In this document: in pieces, positions 25,681-38,214 of the stretch | Numbering within the stretch: position 1 is the stretch's first letter | Layout: each line of letters begins with the position of its first letter | Source of the DNA: Heterodontus francisci | Lineage: Eukaryota | Direction: 5' to 3' | Length of the DNA stretch: 64,000 nucleotides | Assembly (NCBI RefSeq): GCF_036365525.1 | Contig: NC_090415.1 | Span: 12,648,001-12,712,000 of the forward strand | Position numbers and translations under genes: made by a program | The notes under the pieces: generated by a model | Databases searched by the model: none | Told to the model about the DNA's origin: nothing | What the model saw: the letters and a program-made list of their open reading frames with translations, nothing else

Positions 25681-27239
25681 GCTAATGATATGTATATGAA
25701 TGTGGGCCACATTCTGGACTTTCAGTCTCTGATCCTGTGTGTGAATGTAGGGTTTATTCTGAATTTGACAGTCTCTGGTACTGAATGTGTGTTTGGAATG
25801 CATTCCTTATGTGTCTGTCTATGGGGGAGTGTGTAAGTGTGGGAGACATTCTGTATCTGCCAGTATCTCTACTGTGCACACAGGATAGACACATTCAATA
25901 TATGTAAGTTACTGATACTGTGTCTGTATATGTGATTCATTCCTGATCTGTGAGGCTCTGGCACCCTGTTTGACTGTAGGATTCACTCTGCATCTATGTG
26001 TCTTTGTGCTGTATGTGAGTTGAGATCCTGCTGTATTCAGGACTTAATATATATTTCAGGCATTGTGTTGGCAACACTTTGTTTCACACGTTAATTTATC
26101 AATATGTGTTTACTTGTGTTTAATTTGGATTTGCGATATTTTATTGCTGTAGGTTTTATTCAATTCTTGTTTGTGAGTTGCAGCTTGGTATCCAATTTGT
26201 ATCTCTGCAAAAGCAATTGTGAATGACGATCTTTCACATTTAGAGCATGACCTGATATGTAATGTCAAATTCCATCAGTTTGTAGAAAATGAATTAATCC
26301 TGGATGTTGTTGTCTGATCCTTAGTAACATGTTTGGACTGATGTGTAACTTGTATCTCAGTTTATATTGTGGGGTGTGTTATTGGGATTCATTCTGTAGC
26401 TTTCAATCAGGTACATTTGTTCAGTTCTACTTAAGATTTGGTAATTGAATTGTAGTCAAGGCGACACAATGTATTTAAAACTGATAATGTGTGTGTTTTT
26501 GAAATGTGATTGATATATCTACCAGTCAGGTGGAGTGAAATAGAAACGACTACTATCTCTAATGCTCTGTTTGACTATTGAATTGATAATGTGTCTCTTG
26601 GGATCAGTGTGGGTCTGACTACTTCTTTTGTTTGTTACAGTGGAAATGATGACCTGACCGTGTCACTGTGCTTTGTGACTGATACTGTACCTAATATATG
26701 TTGGAACGAGCTGGATGCACATTTCCTTCTGTCGAGGAGTCATGCCTTTCCTTCTGGTTCCTTCAAGTGTTTGCCTGCAGGAAAAGAAAGGCAACTCTTA
26801 TACTTGAATAACAGCTGAGTGAGAAGACAGAAAAGTGATCAATGTAATCTTTTCAATAATAATCATTCTGAACAATCACAAAAGGAAAGTTAACAACACA
26901 AGCAGTGTCAGTGTCTGAGTCCACTGCAGTACTGCAGAACTCTGATTCTACTTGCCAGATATTTGGAGTGGTTTTATAACAATTTCGTGACATTCAGAAA
27001 CACCCCAAGTCCCGCACTGCTCCATGAATTGGAATACCCGATCGAGTAGTGACATTTGCGTAAGCCAGATTTCTATTTCCATGTCCCATTGTTCAACGGA
27101 CAACAAGTAACCACTGTTTAAAAAAGTGTCTTTAATCTACTCACCTGGTCCCTTCAAATCTGCCGCATCTTTATTGTTCATCCATTTTTTTCTGCTGTTC
27201 ACTATCTATTAACAATAAATAGTGAGATACTGGATCTGA

Positions 27240-27440
27240 AAAAAAAAAGACAGAGGCGCAAGGGGAGAGCCAACTGTGCAACAGCCCCAACAAACAAATT
27301 TCTCTGCAGCACCTGTGGAAGAGCCTGTCACTCCAGAATTGGACTTTATAGCCACTCCAGGCGCTGCTTCACAAACCACTGACCACCTCCAGGCGCGTAT
27401 CCATTGTGTCTCGAGATAAGGAGGCCCAAAAGAAAAAGAA
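27240..27440 (+). mobile_element. RTE-clade LINE 3' end
   Basis: Matches 47555-47746; encodes CSTCGRACHSRIGLYSH zinc-finger-like end; GAAAAAGAA tail. Confidence 0.8.
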
Positions 27441-27447
27441 ACTCGGG

Positions 27448-27607
27448 ACATTCATTACTGAAGAAGGGTCACTGACCTGAAACGTTAACTCTATTTCTCT
27501 CTCCAAAGATGCAAACAGACCTGCTGAGTATTTAAATGATTTCTTGTTTTTATTTCAGATTTCCAGCATCCACAGTATTTTGCTTTTTATTATCACATTC
27601 ATTACTG
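27448..27607 (+). mobile_element. ~135-bp Penelope-type insertion with hammerhead core and 13-bp target-site duplication
   Basis: CTGAAGA-AGGGTCACTGACCT-GAAA-CGTT at 27458-27486; direct repeat ACATTCATTACTG at 27448-27460 and 27595-27607. Confidence 0.72.
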
Positions 27608-28029
27608 TTTGGAGAGAGAAATCAGCAATGATTTTCAATAGTGAGTTCATCATATTCTGTCCCTCTCTCCCTGTCCAGACACTGCCTGAGAAAGACCTCT
27701 CCCTTCCCCCCCCCGGCTCACTCCATGTTCCAGGACCAGTTCCTGCTCCACAATGCACATTACAAACTGTCCCCCACTCCCGCTGAATGTACCCGGTAAT
27801 CAATGCTAATCTATGAGCACATCGGCAGACGCGGGCCCAAATCTGTTGTACTGCTGTGAGCAGATACTGTTTGTTCACTTACCCCAGGCTTGTAATGTCT
27901 CCATTTGCAGCTGATTTAAACAATCACAGTGAATGGTGCTCAGAGACAGAGCTGGGGGATGGGGTGAGCATGCGCTCTTCTCCGCGTTATGACGTCATAT
28001 TCGACAGGCCTATATCGCGCGTGAGCAGA

Positions 28030-28643
28030 TCTCTGCAGCAAGAGCGGGAACAGGCGAGAGGAGCCGGGAGATAAAAGGAGCCGAAGCCAGAGACCAGAAG
28101 CAGCAGCGAGAGCCGCTCGGTTCTGTTCTGTGGACCTGCTTGACCAGCAAAAGGTGAAGTGTGATGTCACAGGAGAGCTGCTCAGTGATTGGTAGGTATT
28201 TCTTTCTTCCATTTGAGCAGTGGGAGTGGTGAGAGTGCGAGCCAGGGGGCAGCCGGGAAGGAAAGTTTCACTAGAAAGTACTTACCTCGTGATTGGGCGG
28301 ACACGGACACGGGGACCGCTGGGTAAGTGAACTTATATATTCAGGCTGTGGTTAAACCTGAAACACTACACGTGTAGTGTCTCCCACCCATCCTCCTCCT
28401 CTAACCAAAAAAAAAGATCTCTTGTGTGGAGGGTTCGGTCAGGTAAGTTTTTTCCTTTATTTTTTTAAATCTCTTTTGTCAATTTAGAGCGGAGGGGATG
28501 GAAGCTAGGGCAGTTGCATGCTCCTCTTCCAGGATGTGGGAGGTAAGGGTCACCACTTGTTTAATATTGGCAGGCATCAAGATCGGCGCAGGCTTGGAGG
28601 GCCGAATGGCCTGTTCCTGTGCTGTACTGTTCTTTGTTCTTTG
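28030..28643 (+). mobile_element. CR1 5' UTR and ORF1 start joined to a CR1 3' tail
   Basis: ATG at 28498 gives MEARAVACSSSRMWEVR (CR1 ORF1 Cys-knuckle start); tail GGCCGAATGGCCTGTTCCTGTGCTGTACTGTTCTTTGTTCTTTG follows ~70 nt later. Confidence 0.6.
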
Positions 28644-28644
28644 A

Positions 28645-29112
28645 GGCAGTTCAGAGGAGGTTCACTGGACTGATTCCAGAGATGAAAGGTTTGTCTTATG
28701 AAGAGAGATTGAGCAGTTTAGGCCTTTGCTCTCGAGTGTTTAGAAGAATGAGGGGAGATCTAATTGAGGGATATATAAGATGATTAAGGGGATTGACAAA
28801 GTAGACAGAGAGGAAGTTTCCTCATGTGAGACAATCTAGAACGAGAGGCCATAGTTTCAGAATAAGGGGGAGCAGATTAAAAACAGAGATGAGGAGACAT
28901 TACTTCTCTCAAAGGGTCGTGAGACTGTGGAATTCACTACCCCACATTGTGCTGGATGACGGGACGTTGAGTAAAGTTAAGGAGGAGATGGTCAGATTTT
29001 CAATTAATAATGGGTTGAATGGTTATGGAGAATGGGAAGGAAAGTGGAGTTGAGGTCGAAATGAGATCAGCCATGGTTGTATTGGATGGCGGGGTAGGTT
29101 TGAGGGGCTGAA
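28645..29112 (+). mobile_element. CR1 3' fragment, same subfamily as 10425-10895
   Basis: High similarity to 10425-10895. Confidence 0.85.
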
Positions 29113-29490
29113 TTCTTCCTCCATTTCTCACCATCTCTTGCTCTCTCACTCTCTCCCTCTCACCGATTTTCTCTCAGTCTCTCCATCTCTCTATCACTCT
29201 CTCTCCATCTCTGTCCAATTGAGGAAATTCTTCCTCCATTTCTCTCCATCTCTAGCTCTCTCACTCTCTCCCTCTCACCTGTTTTCTCTCAGTCTCTCCA
29301 TCACTCTCTCTCCATCTCTGTCCAATTGAGATTCTGCCTCCATTTCTCACCATCTCTTGCTCTCTCCCTCTCACCTATTTTCTCTCAGTCTCTCCATCTC
29401 TCTATGATTCTTTCAAGCTCAGTTCTTCCTCTCTCTCTTTTCTATTTCCGTCTCTATTACTTGCTCTCCAACTGTCTTGCTCTGTCTGTC
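29113..29490. repeat. CT-rich low-complexity/minisatellite tract
   Basis: Polypyrimidine run with internal repeats of TTCCTCCATTTCTC.CCATCTCT.GCTCTCTC. Confidence 0.9.
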
Positions 29491-29589
29491 CATGTTGGGT
29501 CCCTTTAACAGTTTGGGACAGTTCTGGTGGTGCAGGGTCCCTTTAAGAGTCTGGTGCTGACCCCCTCCCCCACCCCATGGGGGATGGGG

Positions 29590-29990
29590 TCACAAAACGC
29601 CCAAACCGCGGCTGCGCGGAGGCTGGAGGCAGCTTTTGACCCCTTGACCTCCAGACACGTGGGGCGAGGCAGCCAATGAGACCTCACTGACGCCAAGGCA
29701 GGAGGGGTCATCAGCCGCCATGTTTGCGTGACGTCACAAGCCGGCCACTTATTTCCGCAAACAGCAGCTGAAAGGAAAAGGAGAAGCGGCTTCAGCTTTC
29801 GATCTCAAGGGAGGAAAGTTGAACGTCTGAGCCGGGGGAGAATATAAAAAAGCGGCGGTTAACGCTCTTGTGGAGATGCGCATGTGCGGAGCATCTTCCC
29901 AGAGTGCAGCGCGGCCTTTTCCGCAGAAAGGGGCCGTTCCCCATCGCACGGCATTGTGGGAACCGCAGGACGCCATTGCCCCCTCATTAA
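29590..29990. promoter_or_regulatory. CpG-rich promoter-like island
   Basis: E-box 29656, CCAAT 29673, YY1-like GCCGCCATGTT 29714, CRE TGACGTCA 29729, TATAAAAA 29843, NRF1-like 29876, ZNF143-like GCATTGTGGGAA 29951. Confidence 0.65.
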
Positions 29991-30974
29991 CTCAGTTAAA
30001 ATTAACTCATTCCCTTTCAGCTCTCTATCCCTTCTTTTCTTATTGCAGGCGGACATGGGCTTTTTTGGCATCCATTACACCATCCCGGGTGTGATCAGAT
30101 AGTCTGTCCCTTCGTAATCGATTTCCCGTCCCTCCAACAGCTTGTGCTTGTTGTTGGCTTTTCTCCTACTGAAATGGTTGCTGAATTTGTTGGTCTTTTT
30201 CTCCTGGCTTCATAGCTAACCCTCTCTCCCTCTGTCTCTCTCCTAGTGTCAGAGATAGCAGGAGGGAGAGAGAGAGGAAGACGGAGAAAGACACAAAGAA
30301 CAACCCCAGCTTCTCCAATCTATCCACGTAACTGAAGTCCCTCATCCCTGGAACCTTGCTCGTGAATCTTTTATGCATCATCTCTAAAGCCCCCACATCT
30401 TTCCTAAAGTATGGTGTCCAGAATTGGACACAATACTAGATGAGGATGAAGCAGTGTTTTATAAAGCTTCATCATAACCTCCTTGCTTTTATACTCTCAG
30501 TGTCTATTTACAAAGCCTGTATCCCATATGCCTTTTAACCACTTTCTCAACTCGCCCTGCCACCTTCAATTTGTGCACAGACATCCCCAGGTCTCTCTGT
30601 TCCTGCACCCACTTCCTTCTCTTCTGAGGTTCCCATGACAGAGAGGGACAGGGAGGTCTAGAAATAAGGAGGGAGAGAGAGAGCAAACAAACAGGAAACA
30701 CATATGGGAACACCACCACCTGCAAGTTTCCCTTCCAGTCTCACACCATCCTGACTTGGAACTATATCACCATTCCTTCACTGTCACTAGGTCAAAATTC
30801 TGGATCTCACTTCCTAACAGCACTGTGGGTGTATCTACCCCACATGGACTGCAGCGGTTCAAGAAGGTTCAACAGCAATTCGTGATGGATAATAAAATGC
30901 TGACAGAGCCAGTAATGCACACATCCAACAAATGAATAAAAAATAATAACAATTTGGCACCAAGTCACTAAAGG

Positions 30975-31595
30975 GGAGACCACTGGAGGGACAGAGACAG
31001 AGAGAGAAGGAGAAAGACGGAGAGACAGAGAGGGAAAGACCGATGGAGGGAGAGAGAGAGAGACAGAGATAGAAGGAAAGAGAGGGAGTGTCAGGAAGGG
31101 AAAGACAGATGGAGGGACAGAGTGAGAGAGAGAGAGAGGCAGAGATAGAAGAAGAGAGAGGGAAAGACAGAGAGACAGAGATAGAAGGACAAAGAGGGAA
31201 AGACAGATGGAGGGACAGAGATGGAAAGACAGATGGAGGGACAGAGAGAGATACAGAGATAGGAGAGAGAGGGAGTGTCAGGGAGGGAAAGACAGATGGA
31301 GGGACAGAGTGAGAGACAGAGAGAGAAGGAAACAGATGGAGTGACAGGGAGGGAAGGACAGATGGAGGGATAGAGGGATAGAGAGAGAGACAGAGATAGA
31401 AGGAGAGAGAGGGATTGACAGAGAGACAGGCAGAGAGAGATAGAAGGAGAGAGAGGGAGTGACAAGGAGGGAAAGACAGATGGAAAGACAGAGAGAGAGA
31501 CAGAGAAAGAAGGAGAGAGAGGGAAAGACAGATGGAGGGACAGAGAGAGAAGGAGAGAGAGGGACTGTCAGGGAGGAAAAGACAGATGAAGGGTC
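30975..31595. repeat. GA-rich degenerate minisatellite
   Basis: Repeats of GAGGGAAAGACAGATGGAGGGACAGAGAGAGA. Confidence 0.92.
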
Positions 31596-31600
31596 AGAGT

Positions 31601-34600
31601 GTTCGGTGCTGTATCACTCTGTGACTCTAAGTACTCCAGATGAGCCTCACCAAGGCCTTGTATAACTGCAGTAAGACATCTGTGCTCCTGTACTCAAATC
31701 CTCTTGCAACGAAGGCCAACAGACCATTTTCCTTCCTAATTGCTTGCTGCACCTGAATGCTTGCTTTCAGCGACTGATGTACAAGGACACCCAGGTCTCG
31801 TTGCACCTCCCCCTTTCCCTATCTATCACTATTCAGATAATAATCTGCTTTACTGTTTTAAAACCAAAGTGGATAACTTCACTTTTATCCTATTTATATT
31901 TCATCTGCCACACAGTTGCCTACTCACCCAACTTGTCCAAATCACATTGGAGCCTTTTGCATCCTCCTCACAGCTCACAATACCTCCCCCCAAACCCCAC
32001 CCCCAGCTCTGTGTCATCTGCAAACCTGGAAATGTTACATTTACTTCCCTCACCCAAGTCTGTAAGATATATTGTGAATAGCTGGGGCTCAAGCACAGTT
32101 TCCTGCAGTACCCCACTGGACCCTGCCTGCCACCCAGAAATATACCCATTTATTCCTGCTCTGTTTCCTGTCTGTCAACTAATTCCCAATCCCTGCCAGT
32201 ATATTACCCCCAATCCCATGTGCTTTAATTTTCCACACTAACCTCTTACGTGGGACCTTGTCAAAAGCCTTCTGAAAATCCAAATGCACCACATCCACTA
32301 GTTCTCCATTATCGAGTCTGCTAGTTACATCCTCAAAAAACTCCAGTGGATTTGTTAAGCATGACTTCCCTTTTGTAAAACTACTCACATCCTTTATAAT
32401 AGACTCCAGCATTTTCCCCACCACTGATGTAAGGTTCTGTCTGTAATTCTTTTTTTTTTCTCTCCCTCCTTGTTTTAAATAGTGGGGTTACATTTTCCAC
32501 CCTCCAATCTGTACGAACTGCTCCAGAGTCTGCAGAATTTTGGAATATCCGGTACTTCATATGTATCTCAGGCATTGTGGTGACAACTCTTTGTTTCACA
32601 CGTTAATGTATCAATATGTGTTTACTTGTGTTTAATTTTAAATCTGAATTAACAATGTTTTATTGCTGTAGGTTTTATTCAATTCTTGTTTGTGAGTTGT
32701 GGCTTTTTATCCAATTTGTATCTCTGCAAAAGCAATTGTGAATGACAATCTTTCAATTTTAGAGTATGACCTGACATGTAATGTTAAATTCCATCAGTTT
32801 GTAGTAAATGAACTAATCCTGTATGTTTTTGTCTGACCCTTAGTGACATGTTTACACTGGTGTGTAATTTGTAGCTCAGTTTATTTTGTGGGGTGTGTTA
32901 TTGGGATTCATTCTGTAGCTTTCAATCAGGTACATTTTGCCTGTTCTGTTTAAGATTTGGTATTTGAATTGTAGCCAAGGTGACACAGTGTATTTAAATC
33001 AGATAATGTGTGTGTTTTTGGACTGTGATTCATGTATCTACCAGTCAGTTGGAGAGAAATAGAAACAAATACTATCTCTATGCTCTGTTTGACTATTGGA
33101 TTGATAATGTGTCTCTTTGGGATCAGTCTGGGTCTGACTACTTCTTTTGTTTGTTACAGTGGAAATGATGACCTGACCGTGTCACTGTGCTTTGTGACTG
33201 ATACTGTACCTAATATGTGTTGGAACGAGCTGGAGGTACTTTTCCATCTATTGATGAGTCATGCCTTTCCTTCTGGTTCCTTCAAGTGTTTCCCTGGCAG
33301 AAAAAAAAGGTAACTCTTACACTTGAAGAACAGGTGAGTGAGAAGACACAAAAGTGATCAATGTAATATTTTCAATAATAATCATTCTGAGCAATCACAA
33401 AAGGAAAGTTCACACATAAGCAGTGTCAGTGTCTGAGTCCACTGCAGTACTGCAGCACTCTGCTTCTGTTTCCCAGGTATTCGGAGCAGTTTTACAGCAA
33501 TTTTGTGACATTCAGAAACAACCCATGCCCCGCAGTGCTCAATGACTCGGACGACTCAATGGAGAAGTGATATTTGCAAAAGCCAGAGTTCTATTTCCAT
33601 GTCCAATTGTTCAATGGACAAGAAGTAATAACTGTTTAAAAAAGTGTCCTTAATCTCCTCACCTGATCCTGCAATAGAGAGTCTTTGAAAATCTGCCGTG
33701 TCTACATTATTCAGCCATTTTTATTCCGCCATTCATCGAGAGATACAGTACCTAAACAGGCCCTTCAGCCCATCGAGTCCTTCCTGACCACCAACCACCC
33801 ATTTATACCAATCTATATTAATCCCATTTCTACCTCTAAAGTCCCCACTATTCTCCTACAACATACCTGCACCAGGGGCATTTTTTTTTTTTTACAATGG
33901 CTAGTTTACCTATCAACCTGCAAGTCTTTGGCATGTGGAAGGAAACCAGAGCACCCAGCGGAAACCCATGCAGTCACAGGGAAAATTTGCAAAATCCACA
34001 CAAGCAGTACGAAGCCTCAGACCAATGTCACTGGAGCTGTGAGGCTGCGGTGCTAGCCACTGTGCCACTCTGCCACCCACTTCACTATCGAACAACAACA
34101 AACAGTGAGATATTGAATCCAAACCAGGAACGTTCATTACAGTTTGGAGAGAGAAATCAGCAATGATTTTGAAAAGGGAGTTCATCATATTCTGTCTCTC
34201 TCTCTCTCTGTCCAGACAGTGCCCGAGAAAGACCTCTCCCTTTCCTCTGGCTCACTCCATGTTCCTGGACCAGTTCCTGCTTTACAGTGCATATTACAAA
34301 CAGTCCCCCAGTCCTGCTGAATTAGCAGAAGTAGACCATTCAGCCGCTCGAGCTTGCTCCGCTATTCAATTTGTTCATGGCTGATCAATTTCTGAGTTGA
34401 ATTCCACACTCCCATCTATGCCTGATAATCTTTGATTCCCTTGCCTAACAAGAATCTATCTACCCCTGCCTTAAAAATATTCAATTACCCCACCTCCACC
34501 ACCTTCTGAGGCAGAGAATTCCAAAGTTGCACAACCCTCGGAGAGAAAAAAATCTCATCTCTGTCCTAAAATGGCGACCCCTAATTCGAAAACAGCACCC

Positions 34601-34692
34601 CCGAGTTCTGAACTCATCCACAAGAGGAAACATCCTTTCCCCATCCACTTGTCAAGACCATTCACGATGTTATACACTTCAATCAAGTCTCC
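31601..34692. repeat. Internal segmental duplication, paralog of 17252-20292
   Basis: Colinear match, ending exactly at the start of the young CR1. Confidence 0.93.
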
Positions 34693-37600
34693 AGTAATCT
34701 GGCACAGAGTCTGTCCCTGTTGCTCAGAAGGGAAAGGGGAAGAGGAGCAGAACATTAGTCATTGGGGACTCCATAGTTAGGGGAACAGATAGGAGGTTCT
34801 GTGGGAACGTGAGAGACTCACGGTTGGTATGTTGCCTCCCAGGTGCCAGGGTTCGTGATGTCTCGGATCGTGTTTTTGGGATGCTTAAGGGGGAGGGGGA
34901 GCAGCCCCAAGTCGTGGTCCACATAGGCACCAACGACATAGGTAGGAAGAGAGATGGGGATTTAAGACAGAAATTCAGGGAGCTAGGGTGGAAGCTTAGA
35001 GCGAGAACAAACAGAGTTGTTATCTCTGGGTTGTTGCCCATGTCACGTGATAGCGAAGCGAGGAATAGGGAGAGAGAGGAGTTGAACACGTGGCTGCAGG
35101 GATGGTGCAGGAGGGAGGGTTTTGGTTTCCTGGATAATTGGGGCTCTTTCTGGGGTAGGTGGGACCTCTACAAACAGGATGGTCTTCACCTGAACCAGAG
35201 GGTACCAATATCCTGGGGGGGAGATTTGCTAGTGCTCTTCGGGGGGGGTTTAAACTAATTCAGCAGGGGAATGGGAACCTAAATTGTAGTGCCAGTGTAC
35301 AGGATGTTGAGAATAGTGAGGTCAGGGATATGGTTACAAGGACGCAAGAGGGCACTGGCAAGCAAGAACCTGGTTTAAAGTGTGTCTATTTCAACGCCAG
35401 GAGCATCCGGAATAAGGTGGGTGAGCTTGCAGCATGGGTTGGTACCTGGGATCTCGATGTAGTGGCCATTTCGGAGACATGGGTAGAGCAGGGGCAGGAA
35501 TGGATGTTGCAGATTCCGGGATTTAGATGTTTCAGTAAGAACAGAGAAGATGGTAAAAAAAGGGGGGGTTGTGGCATTGTTAATGAAGGAGAGTATTACA
35601 GCGACAGAAAGGACGTTTGAGGACTCGTCTACTGAGGTAGTATGGGCCGAGGTTAGAAACAGGAGAGGTGAGGTTACCCTGTTGGGAGTCTTTTATAGAC
35701 CTCCGAATAGTTCCAGAGATGTAGAGGAAAGGATAGCGAAGATGATTCTCGACAGGGGCGAGAGTAACAGGGTAGTTGTTATGGGGGACTTTAACTTTCC
35801 AAATATCGACTGGAAATACTATAGTTCGAGTACTTTAGATGGGTCAGTTTTTGTCCAGTGTGTGCAGGAGGGTTTTCTGACACAGTATGTAGACAGGCCA
35901 ACCAGGGGCGATGCCACATTGGATTTGGTACTGGGAAATGAACCCGGCCAGGTGTTAGATTTAGATGTAGGTGAGCACTTTGGTGATAGTGATCACAATT
36001 CAGTTAGGTTTACCTTAGCGATGGGCAGGGACAGGTATATACCGCAGGGCAAGAATTATAGCTGGGGGAAAGGAAATTATGATGCGATTAGGCAAGATTT
36101 AGGATGCGTAGGATGGGGAAGGAAACTGCAGGGGATGGGAACAATCGAAATGTGGAGCTTATTCAAGGAGAAGCTACTGTGTGTCCTTGATAAGTATGTA
36201 CCGGTGAGGCAGGGAGGAAGTTGTCGAGCGAGGGAGCCGTGGTTTACTAAAGAAGTTGAAGCGCTTGTCAAGAGGAAGGCGGCGGCTTATGTTAGGATGA
36301 GACGTGAAGGCTCAGTTAGGGCGCTTGAGAGTTACAAGCTAGCCAGGAAAGATCTAAAGGGAGAGCTAAGAAGAGCAAGGAGAGGACACGAGAAGTCATT
36401 AGCGGATAGGATCAGGGAAAACCCTAAGGCTTTCTATAGGTATATCAGGAATAAAAGAATGACGAGAGTTAGATTAGGGCCAATCAAGGATAGTAGTGGG
36501 AAGTTGTGTGTGGAATCAGAGGAGGTAGGGGAAGTGTAAAATGAATATTTTTCGTCAGTATTTACAGTCGAGAAAGAAAATGTTGTCGAGCAGAATACTG
36601 AGATACAGACTGCTAGGCTAGATGGGATTGAGGTTCACAAGGAGGAGGTGTTAGCAATTTTGGAAAGTGTGAAAATAGATAAGTCCCCTGGGCCAGATGG
36701 GATTTATCCTAAGATTCCCTGGGAAGCCAGGGAGGAGATTGCAGAGCCTTTGTCCTTGATCTTTATGTCGTCATTGTCGACAGGAATAGTGCCGGAAGAC
36801 TGGAGGATAGCAAATGTTGTCCCCTTGTTCAAGAAGGGGAGTAGAGATAGCCCTGGTAATTATATACCTGTGAGCCTTACTTCGGTTGTGGGTAAAATGT
36901 TGGAAAAGGTTATAAGAGATAGGATTTATAATCATCTTGAAAAGAATAAGTTCATTAGCGATAGTCAGCACAGTTTTGTGAAGGGTAGGTCGTGCCTCAC
37001 AAACCTTATTGAGTTTTTTTGAGAAGGTGACCAAACAGGTGGATGAGGGTAAAGCCGTGGATGTGGTGTATATGGATTTCAGTAAGGCTTTTGATAAGGT
37101 TCCCCACGGTAGGCTATTGCAGAAAATACGGAAGTATGGGATTAAAGGTGATTTAGAGCTTTGGATCAGAAATTGGCAAGCTGAAAGAAGACACAGGGTG
37201 GTGGTTGATGGCAAATGTTCATCCTGGAGTTTAGTTACTAGTGGTGTACCGCAAGGATCTGTTTTGGGGCCACTGCTGTTTTTCATTTTTATAAATGACC
37301 TGGATGAGGGTGTAGAAGGGTGGGTTAGTAAATTTGCGGATGACACGAAGGTCGGTGGAGTTGTGGATAGTGCCGAAGGATGTTGTAGGTTACAGAGGGA
37401 CATAGATAGGCTGCAGAGCTGGGCTGAGAGATGGCAAATGGAGGTTAATGCGGAAAAGTGTGAGGTGATTCACTTTGGAAGGAGTAGCAGGAATGCAGAG
37501 TACTGGGCTAATGGGAAGATTCTTGGTAGTGTAGATGAGCAGAGAGATCTTGGTGTCCAGGTACATAAATCCCTGAAAGTTGCCACCCAGGTTAATAGGG

Positions 37601-38210
37601 CTGTTAAGAAGGCATATGGTGTGTTAGCTTTTATTAGTAGGGGGATCGAGTTTCGGAGCCACGAGGTCATGCTGCAGCTGTACAAAACTCTGGTGCGGCC
37701 GCACCTGGAGTATTGCGTGCAGTTCTGGTCACCGCATTATCGGAAGGATGTGGAAGCTTTGGAAAGGGTGCAGAGGAGATTTACTAGGATGTTGCCTGGT
37801 ATGGAGGGAAGGTCTTACGAGGAAAGGCTGAGGGACTTGAGGTTGTTTTCGTTAGAGAGAAGGAGGAGGAGAGGTGACTTAATAGAGACATATAAGATAA
37901 TCAGAGGGTTAGATAGGGTGGATAGTGAGAGTCTATTTCCCCGAATGGTGATGACAAACACGAGGGGGCATAGCTTTAAGTTGAGGGGTGATAGATATAG
38001 GACAGATGTTAGAGGTAGTTTCTTTACTCAGAGAGAAGTAGGGGCGTTGAACGACCTGCCTGCAACAGTAGTAGACTCGCCAACTTGAAGGGCATTCAAG
38101 TGGTCATTGGATAGACATATGGATGAAAATGGAATAGTGTAGGTCAGATGGTTTCACAGGTCGGCGCAACATCGAGGGCCGAAGGGCCTGCACTGAGCTG
38201 TAATGTTGTA
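34693..38210 (+). mobile_element. Young, 5'-truncated CR1 LINE: ORF1 SGNH esterase part plus near-complete ORF2 (APE endonuclease and RT)
   Basis: ORF1 CLPGA/HIGTND/DGLHL; ORF2 NARSIRNK, ISETW, MGDFN, DSDHN, SPGPDG, YMDFSKAFDKVPH, PQGSVLGP, KFADD; few disruptions; intact 3' tail. Confidence 0.95.
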
Positions 38211-38214
38211 TGTT

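Noticed and set aside
31088-31665. Arg/Glu-rich and Ser/Leu-rich ORFs
   Set aside because: Translations of a GA minisatellite.
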